The notes: generated from the sequence alone by a model not told the origin. Counted from the stretch's first letter, positions 1 through 9,418 are shown. The stretch is 64,000 nucleotides of DNA from Deltaproteobacteria bacterium (GCA_033763315.1 JANRKS010000040.1:64001-128000); one strand, 5' to 3'. A program made the numbers and translations.

Positions 1-511
1 GATAACGCTCGTAAAAGCCGCGCGCGGGCAGCAAGAGGTTCTTGATAAGCGCGTCGATCATGCGGAGCGAGCGATCGTCGTGCTTGTACTTGTGGTACTC
101 GATGAGCCCACGTAGCAGCCAACTGTGCCCCGCCAGCACTTGCTCGTCCATCACCCCGGCGGGCAACACAGGCCCCAGATACCCTCGCGCGTTCAGCCGC
201 CCTGCGATGCCCAACAGCAACGCGTCGGCTTGGTGGCTTGGCAGCCCCATCGCCTGCGCCGTCAGAACTTGGCCCAAGAGGGCGCGGCCTTCACGATCGC
301 CCGGCCATCCCTCGTTGCCTGCCAAAGCCACCTCGGGCGTGTACAGTTCAAGCCGGTTGTACGAAAGGCGCAAGCGCCGGCCAAGCTCGCCCTGGCTCGC
401 AATGGCCCCGAAGGGCGCTTCCATGAACGAATCAGAGGTGGCTTGCGCCATCTGTGGCGCCGCGCACATGCAGCCTAAAATCAAAGTCACACACAACGAA
501 TGCTTGGGCAC
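1..511 (-). CDS. Secreted glycoside hydrolase, GH127/GH146 (beta-L-arabinofuranosidase)-like; 5' part only, runs off the window
   Basis: Not in the ORF track. Manual translation of the minus strand from GTG 511 is open to position 1: signal-like VPKHSLCVTLILGCMCAAPQMAQA, then GELGRRL..., WPGDREGRALL..., GYLGP...DEQVLAGHSWLLRGLIEY, which resembles GH127 N-termini. Start uncertain. Confidence 0.6.
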   Translation of the reverse strand, partial: MPKHSLCVTLILGCMCAAPQMAQATSDSFMEAPFGAIASQGELGRRLRLSYNRLELYTPEVALAGNEGWPGDREGRALLGQVLTAQAMGLPSHQADALLLGIAGRLNARGYLGPVLPAGVMDEQVLAGHSWLLRGLIEYHKYKHDDRSLRMIDALIKNLLLPARGFYERY

Positions 512-574
512 AGCACCAGGGAGTAGCACCACGAGGCACGCATGAGAATAGTACTTTGGATCGATCGCTGCGCT

Positions 575-1504
575 TTAACGAGGCTTGTACTTACCGTAGC
601 CCGCCATCAATGCAGGGATCTCTCGCAAGAGCTCACGCGGCAAATAACCGAGCGGCGCAAGCTTGCGCGCCAACACATCACCGGCGCGAGCGTGCAAGTG
701 CACGCCCCACACGGCGGCTTGAAACGCGGAGGCACCGCGCGCGATCAAGCCACCAATCAACCCGGCCAACGTATCGCCCGAGCCTGACGTCGCCAAACCA
801 GAGTTGCCTGCAACATTGCGATAAGTTGTGGTGCCATCACTGATCAACGTCTCGACGCCCTTGAGGATGGTGATCGCGTTAAGTTCCTTCGCCACCGCTT
901 GCACCGTGGCGAGGGCGTTTCCCTTGATGGCGTCTTTGTCTTGGCCAAGCAACTTCGCCATTTCACCTGCGTGCGGCGTAACCACGAGCTGGCAGCGCAA
1001 CTTGCCCACCCGTTGGCGGTGATCGCCAAGCACGGTGAGCGCACCTGCGTCCAACACCACCGCGTGCTCGGGTGTTAACGCTTTGAGAATTGATAACACC
1101 AAAGGCGCCAACGCGCGGTTCTCGATCATGCCTGGGCCCAACACGATGGCGTGCGATGAAAGGCACAGGGGCACAACTTTGCTTTCACAGCGTCCCACGA
1201 AGCCGCCATCGCGCGCCTCGGGAACGGCCTGCACGAATGCCTCGGGAATGGCCACCGCAATGGGCGTGGCGACGCCAGCGGTTGTGATGATACGCAGTTT
1301 CCCAGCGCCAGCGCGCAACGCCGCTGTCGCAGCCAAGATCACCGCGCCCGGCAGTTGCCGCGCGCCCCCCACAATCAGCACGCGCCCTCGCCCCTCCTTG
1401 TCGCCGTCCGAAGGTGGCGCCGGAATGGGCCAACGCCGCAACAGACGCGCGTCTACAAGGGCAACTTTGGGCTTGCTGATTTGTTTATTTGGGGAGCGGC
1501 GCAT
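575..1504 (-). CDS. nnrD: ADP-dependent NAD(P)H-hydrate dehydratase (YjeF C-terminal/ribokinase-like)
   Basis: Motifs KEGRGRVLIVGG..LPGAVILAA.AALRAGAG, LGPGM, VLDAGAL, VTPHAGEMAKL, LATSGSGDTLAG. ATG 1504 chosen because it overlaps the end of the upstream phosphatase. No epimerase domain. Confidence 0.9.
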   Translation of the reverse strand: MRRSPNKQISKPKVALVDARLLRRWPIPAPPSDGDKEGRGRVLIVGGARQLPGAVILAATAALRAGAGKLRIITTAGVATPIAVAIPEAFVQAVPEARDGGFVGRCESKVVPLCLSSHAIVLGPGMIENRALAPLVLSILKALTPEHAVVLDAGALTVLGDHRQRVGKLRCQLVVTPHAGEMAKLLGQDKDAIKGNALATVQAVAKELNAITILKGVETLISDGTTTYRNVAGNSGLATSGSGDTLAGLIGGLIARGASAFQAAVWGVHLHARAGDVLARKLAPLGYLPRELLREIPALMAGYGKYKPR

Positions 1505-2261
1505 CGGGTGCACTCGTGACAGTTTCGCCCGCTTCCTCCATCGGAGCGACGAAGTTGAAATGTTGGAGCTGCCAGCGGAAGTTTGTGCCGGAATCGGCGG
1601 CCGGCACATAAGAGGTCAACGAACAGTTCGCCACGTCGTGCGCGCGATCAATGTCGAGCACTTGTTGTTCTGACAAGCGTTCAATGATGCAGCGGTAGCA
1701 CAACGTCACCACTGAATGGCAAACCAAAAGCACGCGCTCGTTCTCATGCTCTTGTTGCAGCGTTGACCATAGGTGGCGCAGGCGAAGCAGAATGTCGCAC
1801 CAGCTTTCACCGCCGGGCGGCCGATAGTAGAACTTTCCGATGGCCTGCCGGAGCGCCGCCTGATCGGGCATCAACGCCGCAATGCCAGCCTTGGTCATGC
1901 GGTTAAGCACACCGAATTCCTTTTCTCGCAGCCGCTCGTCCACCAATAGCGGCACGCCGCTTAAGCCCGCGTGCTGGATCACGATTTGAGCTGTGGTGTG
2001 GGCGCGGACGTAAGGCGAAGAGATCACAAGCGTTGGCTGCTCTTGTGTGGGCTGCGCGGCGAACCACCGGCCCAAGGCCGCAGCTTGTCGCTCGCCACGT
2101 GGCGAAAGAGGAACATCGGCATCTCGATGCGCCAGTTCAATCCAATGCCGGCCCTCGGCTTCCGCAGCCATCAGCGCGACGTTGCCCGCACTTTCCCCGT
2201 GCCGAGCGATCCATAACCTTTGTGGTCCCCGCCTCACCACAGATGCCATAGCATGAGCCAT
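1485..2261 (-). CDS. Histidine phosphatase (phosphoglycerate mutase-like) family protein
   Basis: RHGES catalytic motif, SSPYVRA, LREKEFG, PPGGES, LVCHS. Confidence 0.9.
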   Translation of the reverse strand: MAHAMASVVRRGPQRLWIARHGESAGNVALMAAEAEGRHWIELAHRDADVPLSPRGERQAAALGRWFAAQPTQEQPTLVISSPYVRAHTTAQIVIQHAGLSGVPLLVDERLREKEFGVLNRMTKAGIAALMPDQAALRQAIGKFYYRPPGGESWCDILLRLRHLWSTLQQEHENERVLLVCHSVVTLCYRCIIERLSEQQVLDIDRAHDVANCSLTSYVPAADSGTNFRWQLQHFNFVAPMEEAGETVTSAPDAPLPK

Positions 2262-2282
2262 GGCTGCCTTCGACGGATGCCG

Positions 2283-4274
2283 TTAACGAGGTTTCACGCT
2301 GGCCACGAACGCCAGCAGATCGGCAGCCGACATCGGCTTAAGCAGAACCCCGTCCACCTGCTGCGCCTCCTCGGGCGACAGATCCTGGCCCGTGAAGAAC
2401 ACAATGCGCGCGCGTGGCAGAAGTCGGCGCAGATCGCCCACGATTTTATCGGCTGGGCCACCGGGCATAGAGCGATCCAAGAGCACAAGTTGTGCGTCGG
2501 GGTGGCTGCGTGCCAGCAGCAAAGCTTCGCTAAGGCCGGGCGCGCGGTGGGCGTCCATTCCGCTCTTCCGCAACACAGCCAGCGTGGCCTCCGCTACGGT
2601 CTCTTCATCTTCCACTATCAAGACCACGCGTTTGGGAGGAACCGCCAACGAAGGCGGCGGCGCGACGGCCGGCTCGGCAGCCATGGCGGTGGCTTCTGGC
2701 AAATACAGCACCACTTGCGTACCGCGGCCGATGTCCGAATGGCAAAAAACGCATCCCCCGGCCTGCGTGACCACCGCGTACACCATCGCTAACCCAAGAC
2801 CCGTGCCACGGCCCACATCCTTCGTAGTGAAGAACGGTTCAAACACGCGGGTGCGAACTTCATCTGTCATCCCCGTGCCCGTGTCCGCGATCTCAATTCT
2901 CGCGTAGCTGCCCTCAGGCAAGCATGATCGCTGGCCATCAGATGGTTGGCCGACGAACCGGCTGATCGAAACCTTCACCGTTTTGTCAGGCCGAGGGGAC
3001 GCCAGAACCGCGTCGCGCGCGTTGAGCAAGACGTTGATGAGCGCCTGTTCGAGATCGGAAGGCCCGAGGAACACACACACGTTGTCCTGGTCGTTGACCT
3101 CCAAAACAATGTTCTTCTCAAACAGCGTTTGGCACATGGCAAGCGATCGATAAACGACTTCGGAAGTGGGCGTGAGCCGCGCGGGAACTGTTCGTTTGCC
3201 CGCAAACGTCATGAGTTGCCGGACCATTTCCGTGGCGCGCGACGCCGCTTCCTTGGCACCCTCGGCGATGCTCGACAGCGAGGCAGGCAACGCGGGCGCC
3301 ATTAGATCTAAAGCCGGGACGATCGCCGCCAACATGTTGTTGAAGTTGTGCGCAATGCCGGCGGTGAGTTGCCCCACAGCCTCCATGCGTTGCGCGTGCC
3401 GCGCGCGCAACTCCATGTCGTGTTGCTCAGTAACGTCTTGCGTGCCGCCGATCAAGTTTGTGGGGCGACCTTCATCATCGCAGATCACCTCCCGAACCGT
3501 GGCCACCCACCGCACGCTGCCATCGGGCCGCACGATACGGTGAGGCGCGGTGTGGAAGCGCCCGGCCACCAGAGGCTTGCTCATTTCCCTTTGCAAGATC
3601 GCGCGGTCGTCCGGGTGAACGAGCGCGTTCATGTATTGCGTCGCTGTTAACGGCTGGTCGCAGCCGAAGATGTGAAACGCATTTTCGTTCCACGTGACCT
3701 GGTTGGTTTCCAGATCTTGCACCCATAGGCCCATGCCGGTGGACGACAAGGCCAACTGCAACATTGACTCGCTTCGACGCAGAGCTTGCATCTGCGCGCG
3801 CTGTGCTGTGACATCAATGGCCACCAGCATGAAGCCCAAAGACCCGTCACGATCACGCACGGGCGCCACATAACTTTCGTAGTGGGCGGCGTTCCCGTTC
3901 GCGCCCGCACCCTCTATCTCATAATGCTGCGCTTGCCCGGTCTGCCAGGCCCGCTCGATCGCAGCTTGCGCCACAGCTCTGTGTTCTTGGGGCACATAAT
4001 CAAAAAAATGCGTCCCTATGACCTGTTCTCGATCAAAGCCGGGCTGTAGCCGACTGATGGCTTTGATGCGGTAGTCATGACCATACCGAACCATGAACGC
4101 CGGAACAGCGGCGAACACGCCTCTTAACATCTCCTCGGCTTCAAGCCCGGCGTGAACTTTTTCTTCCAGCGCAGCTATGCGCGCGCGCAGGGCCTCCAGT
4201 TCCTGCTCGTGGGTAAGCTGGCCTGAGGAGCGGGCCGCAACCGGCGGGGCAGACGAGTCACGAGGATCCGACAC
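2283..4274 (-). CDS. Cytoplasmic PAS-PAS hybrid sensor histidine kinase/response regulator
   Basis: Two PAS/PAC domains, H-box GIAHNFNNML, NVLLNARDA, DTGTGM, FEPFFTTK..GRGTGLGL, C-terminal receiver (IVEDE, LLDRSMPG, KP). Confidence 0.92.
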   Translation of the reverse strand: MSDPRDSSAPPVAARSSGQLTHEQELEALRARIAALEEKVHAGLEAEEMLRGVFAAVPAFMVRYGHDYRIKAISRLQPGFDREQVIGTHFFDYVPQEHRAVAQAAIERAWQTGQAQHYEIEGAGANGNAAHYESYVAPVRDRDGSLGFMLVAIDVTAQRAQMQALRRSESMLQLALSSTGMGLWVQDLETNQVTWNENAFHIFGCDQPLTATQYMNALVHPDDRAILQREMSKPLVAGRFHTAPHRIVRPDGSVRWVATVREVICDDEGRPTNLIGGTQDVTEQHDMELRARHAQRMEAVGQLTAGIAHNFNNMLAAIVPALDLMAPALPASLSSIAEGAKEAASRATEMVRQLMTFAGKRTVPARLTPTSEVVYRSLAMCQTLFEKNIVLEVNDQDNVCVFLGPSDLEQALINVLLNARDAVLASPRPDKTVKVSISRFVGQPSDGQRSCLPEGSYARIEIADTGTGMTDEVRTRVFEPFFTTKDVGRGTGLGLAMVYAVVTQAGGCVFCHSDIGRGTQVVLYLPEATAMAAEPAVAPPPSLAVPPKRVVLIVEDEETVAEATLAVLRKSGMDAHRAPGLSEALLLARSHPDAQLVLLDRSMPGGPADKIVGDLRRLLPRARIVFFTGQDLSPEEAQQVDGVLLKPMSAADLLAFVASVKPR

Positions 4275-4329
4275 TTTGTTACTATAAACCTACAGGGTGC
4301 CATTTCAGAAATCCGCTTGCGAGCGATGG

Positions 4330-4488
4330 TCACCTAGCGGCCCTGGTGAAGCCGGCGCACGGCACGGCGCAGCTCCGAAAGCCCGAGAACGTGTAGGCCA
4401 TGGGCCACCAGGCACCCAGTTCGCAGAACGTGTCGAACACCTGTTCAGGTGAGGCGTGAATAAGGATGTTTGTTTTGATTGGTTGCAT
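4330..4488 (-). pseudogene. Truncated SRPBCC/START-like gene remnant
   Basis: RBS-like AAGGA, then MQPIKTNILIHASPEQVFDTFCELGAWWPMAYTFSG, a typical SRPBCC N-terminus. It stops after 52 aa, against about 150 aa for a full domain. Confidence 0.6.
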
Positions 4489-4520
4489 GCTCCGTCCTTC
4501 GTTGGCTCTGAGCACGGCAA

Positions 4521-4536
4521 TGCAACAACGACGCCG
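4521..4536 (-). promoter_or_regulatory. Putative sigma54 -24/-12 promoter
   Basis: CGGCGT-CGTTG-TTGCA (GG-N10-GC), about 30 nt upstream of ATG 4488. Confidence 0.45.
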
Positions 4537-4611
4537 AACGCGACGAAACCCTCACAGGGGGCGAGACTTTTGCCAACAGGCATCGAACGGCGGTGTCACA
4601 ATGGTCCGCGT

Positions 4612-5409
4612 ATGGTGACAGATTCAAATTTCTCCCCGGACGAAGTGGGGCGCTGGCTGGATCAGCTCTACATCGCCAGCGCCGGCGCGACCCTGCGTGC
4701 CGAAGACAAGCGCAAAGCCATCGAGGTGGCAGCGTTGTTGAGCGAGATCGACCGGGCGCTTCGGGGCCTGAGCAAGGCGCGCGGCCTCACAGTGGTTGAT
4801 GCTGCGTCGGGAAAGGCTTATGTGGGCTTGTTGACAGCCAAGCTCGTGCTTGAGGCCATCGCGCGGCCGGCGAAGGTGGTGTGCATCGAGCGCAACCCGG
4901 CCCTGGTGGCGCGCACAGAAATGGCCGCGCAGACCTTGGCATCCACAGTGCCCATCACCTGCGAGTGTGCCGACCTATCGCAGGCGGGGGTGTGGCCAAA
5001 CGCACCCGCCCTCGTCGTCGCGCTTCACGCGTGCGGCCCCGCCAGCGACGTCATCATCGAACAAGCGGTGGCGTCGGCCACGCGCGTGTTGCTTTTGGTA
5101 CCGTGCTGTGTCGGCGCAGGCGTCGCGAAGGTGAAGGACGCCGAGGCCTTGGCGGAAGCGTTGGGTGTGCCACGCACCGCGCCCGTACGGCGTCGTTTCG
5201 TTCACGCGATCATCGAAGCGGATCGCGTGCTCACCCTTGAAGCCGCGGGCTATCAAACGGAGGCGGTTGAATTCGTGGCGCCCACGGTCACGCCCTACAA
5301 CACACTTCTGCGCGCAAGGCGCGTGGGCGAGCCTCACCGGGTCGCACAAGCCCATAAGGCTCGGCTGCGACTTTGGAGCCACAGCTCGCACGTTGTGACG
5401 CCATCATGA
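4612..5409 (+). CDS. SAM-dependent methyltransferase (Methyltransf_32-like)
   Basis: VVDAASGKAYVG (motif I), IERN, ALHACG, LVPCC, EFVAPTVTPYN. ATG 4612 preferred over 4456. Confidence 0.8.
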   Translation: MVTDSNFSPDEVGRWLDQLYIASAGATLRAEDKRKAIEVAALLSEIDRALRGLSKARGLTVVDAASGKAYVGLLTAKLVLEAIARPAKVVCIERNPALVARTEMAAQTLASTVPITCECADLSQAGVWPNAPALVVALHACGPASDVIIEQAVASATRVLLLVPCCVGAGVAKVKDAEALAEALGVPRTAPVRRRFVHAIIEADRVLTLEAAGYQTEAVEFVAPTVTPYNTLLRARRVGEPHRVAQAHKARLRLWSHSSHVVTPS

Positions 5410-6077
5410 GCCGGCGCGACAACCACGAAGCCCGCTGTGCCACGTGCCACATGCACAACACGTTGTGCGTCTGCAGCCTGACGCCCACGCTGGCCACACG
5501 CACGCGCTTGTCCCTTCTCCTTCACTACCGCGAAGCCCGCAAGCCCACCAACACCGGGCAACTAGCAGCCCGTTGTTTGAGCCACAGCAGCATAAGCATC
5601 GTGGGTGATCGTGATCGTCCGCTGGCGTTGCCACTTGTGCGCAGCGATGAACAACCTGTGCTGTTGTTCCCCTCCATGGATGCGGTCCCTTTATCAACGT
5701 TCGTGGATTCGAAGCGCCCGATCGTCCTCATCGTGCCGGATGGCAATTGGCGCCAGGCCGGCAAGATGCGGCAGCGGGTGCCAGGTTTGGCTGACGTGCC
5801 TTGCGCGGTGATTGGCGAGCATGCGGGCACGGCCTACAAGCTGCGCGCGGAGCCTCGGCAAGGCGGATTGGCCACAATGGAAGCGATCGCTTATGCGTTC
5901 GGCGTGCTGGAGGGTGCCAAGGGCCCGCATGTGCAGCAATCGTTGCTGGCGGTTTTTCGCATCATGGTTGAACGCACGTTGTGGCTTCGTGGGGCTTTGC
6001 CGGCCGCTCATGTGACCGGAGGTATCCCGGTGGCAGCGCAACGAAACGATCCCCGTGGCGGAGCGCCATCAACTTAG
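5406..6077 (+). CDS. DTW-domain protein (tRNA-uridine aminocarboxypropyltransferase TapT-like)
   Basis: CxxC...CxC zinc motif, H..E..KPTNTG, LLFP, DGNW(RQA), LATMEAIA. ATGA overlap with the methyltransferase. Confidence 0.88.
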   Translation: MSRRDNHEARCATCHMHNTLCVCSLTPTLATRTRLSLLLHYREARKPTNTGQLAARCLSHSSISIVGDRDRPLALPLVRSDEQPVLLFPSMDAVPLSTFVDSKRPIVLIVPDGNWRQAGKMRQRVPGLADVPCAVIGEHAGTAYKLRAEPRQGGLATMEAIAYAFGVLEGAKGPHVQQSLLAVFRIMVERTLWLRGALPAAHVTGGIPVAAQRNDPRGGAPST

Positions 6078-6162
6078 GCGCCGCGGGGGCCCAGGACGCG
6101 CCTGCACGAACTCAGCAAGTTCGGCTAGGCGGCGTTGGCCGTCACACCTTACGCTCTGAGGT

Positions 6163-7053
6163 GTGAACGACGACATCCGCGCGCAAGCAAACTATTACGA
6201 CCGGTTTCGACGGGTGCTTGTGTACATTGATAACCACCTGCAAGAAGCGGTGGACCTCGAAGAGCTCAGCCACGTGGCGGCCTTTTCGAAGTTTCATTTT
6301 CATCGGCAGTGGAGCCAGATGTTTGGCATCACCGTCGCGAAATACATCCAGCTGCGCCGGCTTAAGCGCGCGGCGTTTCAGTTAGCGTTTCGGTCGGCGG
6401 AGCCCGTGCTGCACATCGCCTTTGACAGCGGGTTCGAAGGTCCCGAGGCGTTCGCGCGTGCGTTTAAACGCAACTTCGGACAAACGCCTTCTGAGTTCAG
6501 GGCCGAACCAGAATGGCAAAAGTGGCAACAGGTATACGCAACATCAAATCAGCTGAGGGAGGCACACATGAGCACGCAATGGCAGATCCACGATGTGAAG
6601 ATCATAAACTTCTCCGAAACGCCTGTGGCGGCACTCACGCACACGGGCGATCCGCAGCTCATTGGCGATTCGATTCGGCGCTTCATTGAGTGGCGCAAGC
6701 AGAACCGTTTGCCCCCACGCATAAGCGCCACGTTCAACCTTGTGTACGACGATCCCGATGACGTGGACCCAACACAGCACCGGATGGATCTTTGCGCGGC
6801 CACAAACCAACCGGTTTTGCCTAACGAGTTTGGCGTCGTCGCCAAAACGATTCCCGCCGGGCGTTGCGCTGTCCTTCGCCACGTGGGATCAGATGACACC
6901 TTGAGAAACACCGTGGGATTCCTTTACCGCCAGTGGCTGCCGCAAAGCGGGCACGAGTGCCGCGACTTCCCGCTCTTCTTTCAACGTGTGTCGTTCTTCC
7001 CCGATGTGCCCGAGCACGAGGCCATCACCGACGTGTTCTTGCCGCTGCGTTAG
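6163..7053 (+). CDS. AraC-family transcriptional regulator with C-terminal GyrI-like effector domain
   Basis: AAFSKFHFHR..F, IAFDSGFEGPEAFARAFKR.FGQTPSEFR; C-terminal IPAGRCAVLRHVG, LY.QWLPQSG. Confidence 0.92.
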   Translation: MNDDIRAQANYYDRFRRVLVYIDNHLQEAVDLEELSHVAAFSKFHFHRQWSQMFGITVAKYIQLRRLKRAAFQLAFRSAEPVLHIAFDSGFEGPEAFARAFKRNFGQTPSEFRAEPEWQKWQQVYATSNQLREAHMSTQWQIHDVKIINFSETPVAALTHTGDPQLIGDSIRRFIEWRKQNRLPPRISATFNLVYDDPDDVDPTQHRMDLCAATNQPVLPNEFGVVAKTIPAGRCAVLRHVGSDDTLRNTVGFLYRQWLPQSGHECRDFPLFFQRVSFFPDVPEHEAITDVFLPLR

Positions 7054-7266
7054 TGGCAGTTGCGGCAGAAAAACAACACACCTGTGTCGCTTTCTTGAGC
7101 CGCGGGGCCGTGATGTGCGTCTCCGGCACATCGATCGGGTTGTGCGCCTTGGCCGCGCCATTTTAGACGAAGCGCCTCAGAAACCTGAGGTTCCAGATGG
7201 CGTGGGGGGGCGCCCAACAAGACCGAAAACCGTTGAATAACAAGCACATACAGTCAACGGCGGCGT

Positions 7267-7282
7267 TGGAATGGCCCTTGCT
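7267..7282 (+). promoter_or_regulatory. Putative sigma54 -24/-12 promoter of the Kazal lipoprotein gene
   Basis: TGGAAT-GGCCC-TTGCT (GG-N10-GC), followed by GGAGAGG and ATG 7304. Confidence 0.5.
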
Positions 7283-7303
7283 GAGCAACATGGAGAGGTT
7301 CAC

Positions 7304-8668
7304 ATGCAGTACTTAACTCGATCCCAAGTTCAATTCGCTTTTTGTCTTGTCGCCCTTGCAGCCTGCGGTGGCAACGGCTCCCCCACAGACGAACCCTGCG
7401 ATTCTTCGCTGCAAAACTGTGGTGGAGGGGGCGCCGGTGGAGACGGCGGCGCCTCGGGCGGCTTTCCTATCAAAGGGGGAGCGGGCGGCTCACGTGGCAG
7501 CTTCGGTGGGGCGGGCGGGGGCGTGGCATGCAGCGACTCTTCTCAATGTGGCAAGAGCCAGTTTTGTGATCTTAACCTCAATTCGTGTGGCTTGATCGCG
7601 TTCCTGGTGGCGCCAGCAGAGGACAGGGCCGATCCCCCTCTTGGGGGCTCCACAGGCGTGGCAGCACCGCTTCCGCCCGGGTTCTGCGTGAGCCGGCCCG
7701 ACGCATGCGATTTGAACTTCGCACCCGTGTGTGGCTGCGATGGCAAAACTTACGGCAACGATTGTGAGCGCCAACGCGCCGGCGTCTCGAAAGCTTCTGA
7801 AGGCAAATGTGATGCGCAAGTGATCGTCGTTGGGCCCGGCGGCACATGCGGCACCTTCGACGGCCGCAACACCTTGGTGTGCGATAAAGGTCTATTCTGC
7901 GAAGCGCCCGCGAACCAATGCTCCGCACCTGGCGGCCGAGGCACGTGCCAAGCAGCGCCACAGGTGTGCACAGCGATCAGCGCACCCGTGTGTGGTTGCG
8001 ATGGCAAAACGTATGGCAACGACTGTGGCCGTCGCGCCGCTCGGCAGTCGTTGGCACATACCGGCGCGTGTTCGCCAACCACCGCGCGTCTGGGCGAAGC
8101 TTGTGGACCAGCGCTTGGCATCACGTGTGAACGAAGCCTGGTGTGTGATCCGCAACCAAACCAGTGCAACAACGGCAAGTTCGTGGGCACGTGCACCGCA
8201 CAGAACTTGATGTGCACCAAAGAATTTGTACCCGTGTGTGGATGCGACGGCCGCACGTACGGCAACGAGTGCTTGCGTCTGTCGGCAGGCGTGACCAAGA
8301 ACCACGATGGCGAATGCAAAGGCGCCACGCGCTTTGTGGAAAGCGGCATTTGGGGTGGCCCGCACATTGAGCTTGCGGCCAAGGATCCGAAGAGCGGCGG
8401 CTCCTTAACGTTTGACTGCGGCCGCGCTGACATCGTCTCGCCGCTTGAAGTTGATGGCAACGGCAACTTCATGTGGAAGGCGCGCTACATCTTGACCGGT
8501 GGCCCCACCCAGGCAGCGCCCCCCGCCCCCCTGGCGAGAGACGCGATCATCACGGGAGCCGTGGGCGGAAAACAAATGAAGCTGAGCATTCAGATCGCTG
8601 GCTCGATGGACCAACCATCCTTCGCACTCACCTTCGGCGTTAACGGCAGCTTCAACTTCTGCCTCTAA
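7304..8668 (+). CDS. Lipoprotein with three Kazal-type serine protease inhibitor domains
   Basis: Lipobox LAAC, Gly-rich linker, three copies of C..xxxPVCGCDG[KR]TYGN[DE]C, C-terminal WGGPH..FDCG domain. RBS GGAGAGG before 7304. Confidence 0.88.
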   Translation: MQYLTRSQVQFAFCLVALAACGGNGSPTDEPCDSSLQNCGGGGAGGDGGASGGFPIKGGAGGSRGSFGGAGGGVACSDSSQCGKSQFCDLNLNSCGLIAFLVAPAEDRADPPLGGSTGVAAPLPPGFCVSRPDACDLNFAPVCGCDGKTYGNDCERQRAGVSKASEGKCDAQVIVVGPGGTCGTFDGRNTLVCDKGLFCEAPANQCSAPGGRGTCQAAPQVCTAISAPVCGCDGKTYGNDCGRRAARQSLAHTGACSPTTARLGEACGPALGITCERSLVCDPQPNQCNNGKFVGTCTAQNLMCTKEFVPVCGCDGRTYGNECLRLSAGVTKNHDGECKGATRFVESGIWGGPHIELAAKDPKSGGSLTFDCGRADIVSPLEVDGNGNFMWKARYILTGGPTQAAPPAPLARDAIITGAVGGKQMKLSIQIAGSMDQPSFALTFGVNGSFNFCL

Positions 8669-8684
8669 GACGCTTCAATGGCGC

Positions 8685-8729
8685 AAACACCCACCGGGGG
8701 CACAACACTGTGTTCCTGCGTGGGTGTTT
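8685..8729. terminator. Bidirectional intrinsic terminator-like hairpin
   Basis: AAACACCCAC...GTGGGTGTTT inverted repeat between convergent genes. Confidence 0.6.
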
Positions 8730-8745
8730 ATCTTTGGAGCCGCGG

Positions 8746-8949
8746 CTAACGCGGCGGCTTTGCGGGGCAGGTGATCTTCTTCGCTTTCGGTTTGCCATCG
8801 TAACGCTTGCCCACTTCGCCGATGATCACTTCATCACCTGGCTCTGGGGAAAAATTGCAGGCCTCAAAGTCAAACCACAGATCGCCGTGTTCGGGATGAT
8901 CGATGTAACCAAACCCTTGCTGCTTGTTGAACGACTTGATCTTTGGCAC
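8746..8949 (-). CDS. Divergent cold-shock domain protein
   Basis: GGGAGG RBS then GTG; IKSFNKQQGFGYI (RNP1), DLWFDF (RNP2-like), PGDEV...GKPKA. Confidence 0.75.
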   Translation of the reverse strand: MPKIKSFNKQQGFGYIDHPEHGDLWFDFEACNFSPEPGDEVIIGEVGKRYDGKPKAKKITCPAKPPR

Positions 8950-9052
8950 GCGATCCTCCCTGGTGTTGCGCGAACGTGAAGCACCAGCGTAAGGGCGCCG
9001 CGAAGGGCCTGTCAAATGGCGCCACGCAACCACATTCGCTTACCTGCACAGC

Positions 9053-9418
9053 TCAGCGTTGCATTTCGATGATCATCAGCTCCATCGATTTATCGGATTC
9101 GTTCAGATCTCCGTGCAGCTCATTCGCCGGATCGGCGGGCAACCAATATGCGTGGCCTGTTTTGAGGCGCAAGCGGCGGGTGGGGCCTTTTTGTTGAGGC
9201 AGGGCCAAGGTGCCGCCTTGCAACGCCACAACCACCCGTCCGTGCTCATGTCGGTGCATTCCTAACCCTTCGTGTGGCGCCAAAATCGTCTTCCACACGC
9301 GGACGTCGGCGTTCTCGAACTGCGCGATCAAGGGTTGCGAGCGAGGCACCGCGAACGAGCGGGCCCCCCAACCAAGCGCCAGACCGCAAGCCAGCCACGC
9401 CATTGTTGTCCGGTTCAT
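9053..9418 (-). CDS. Secreted cupin-domain protein
   Basis: Signal peptide; FENADVRVW, MHRHEH, LPAD...HGDLN cupin motifs. Alternative start 9448. Confidence 0.8.
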   Translation of the reverse strand: MNRTTMAWLACGLALGWGARSFAVPRSQPLIAQFENADVRVWKTILAPHEGLGMHRHEHGRVVVALQGGTLALPQQKGPTRRLRLKTGHAYWLPADPANELHGDLNESDKSMELMIIEMQR

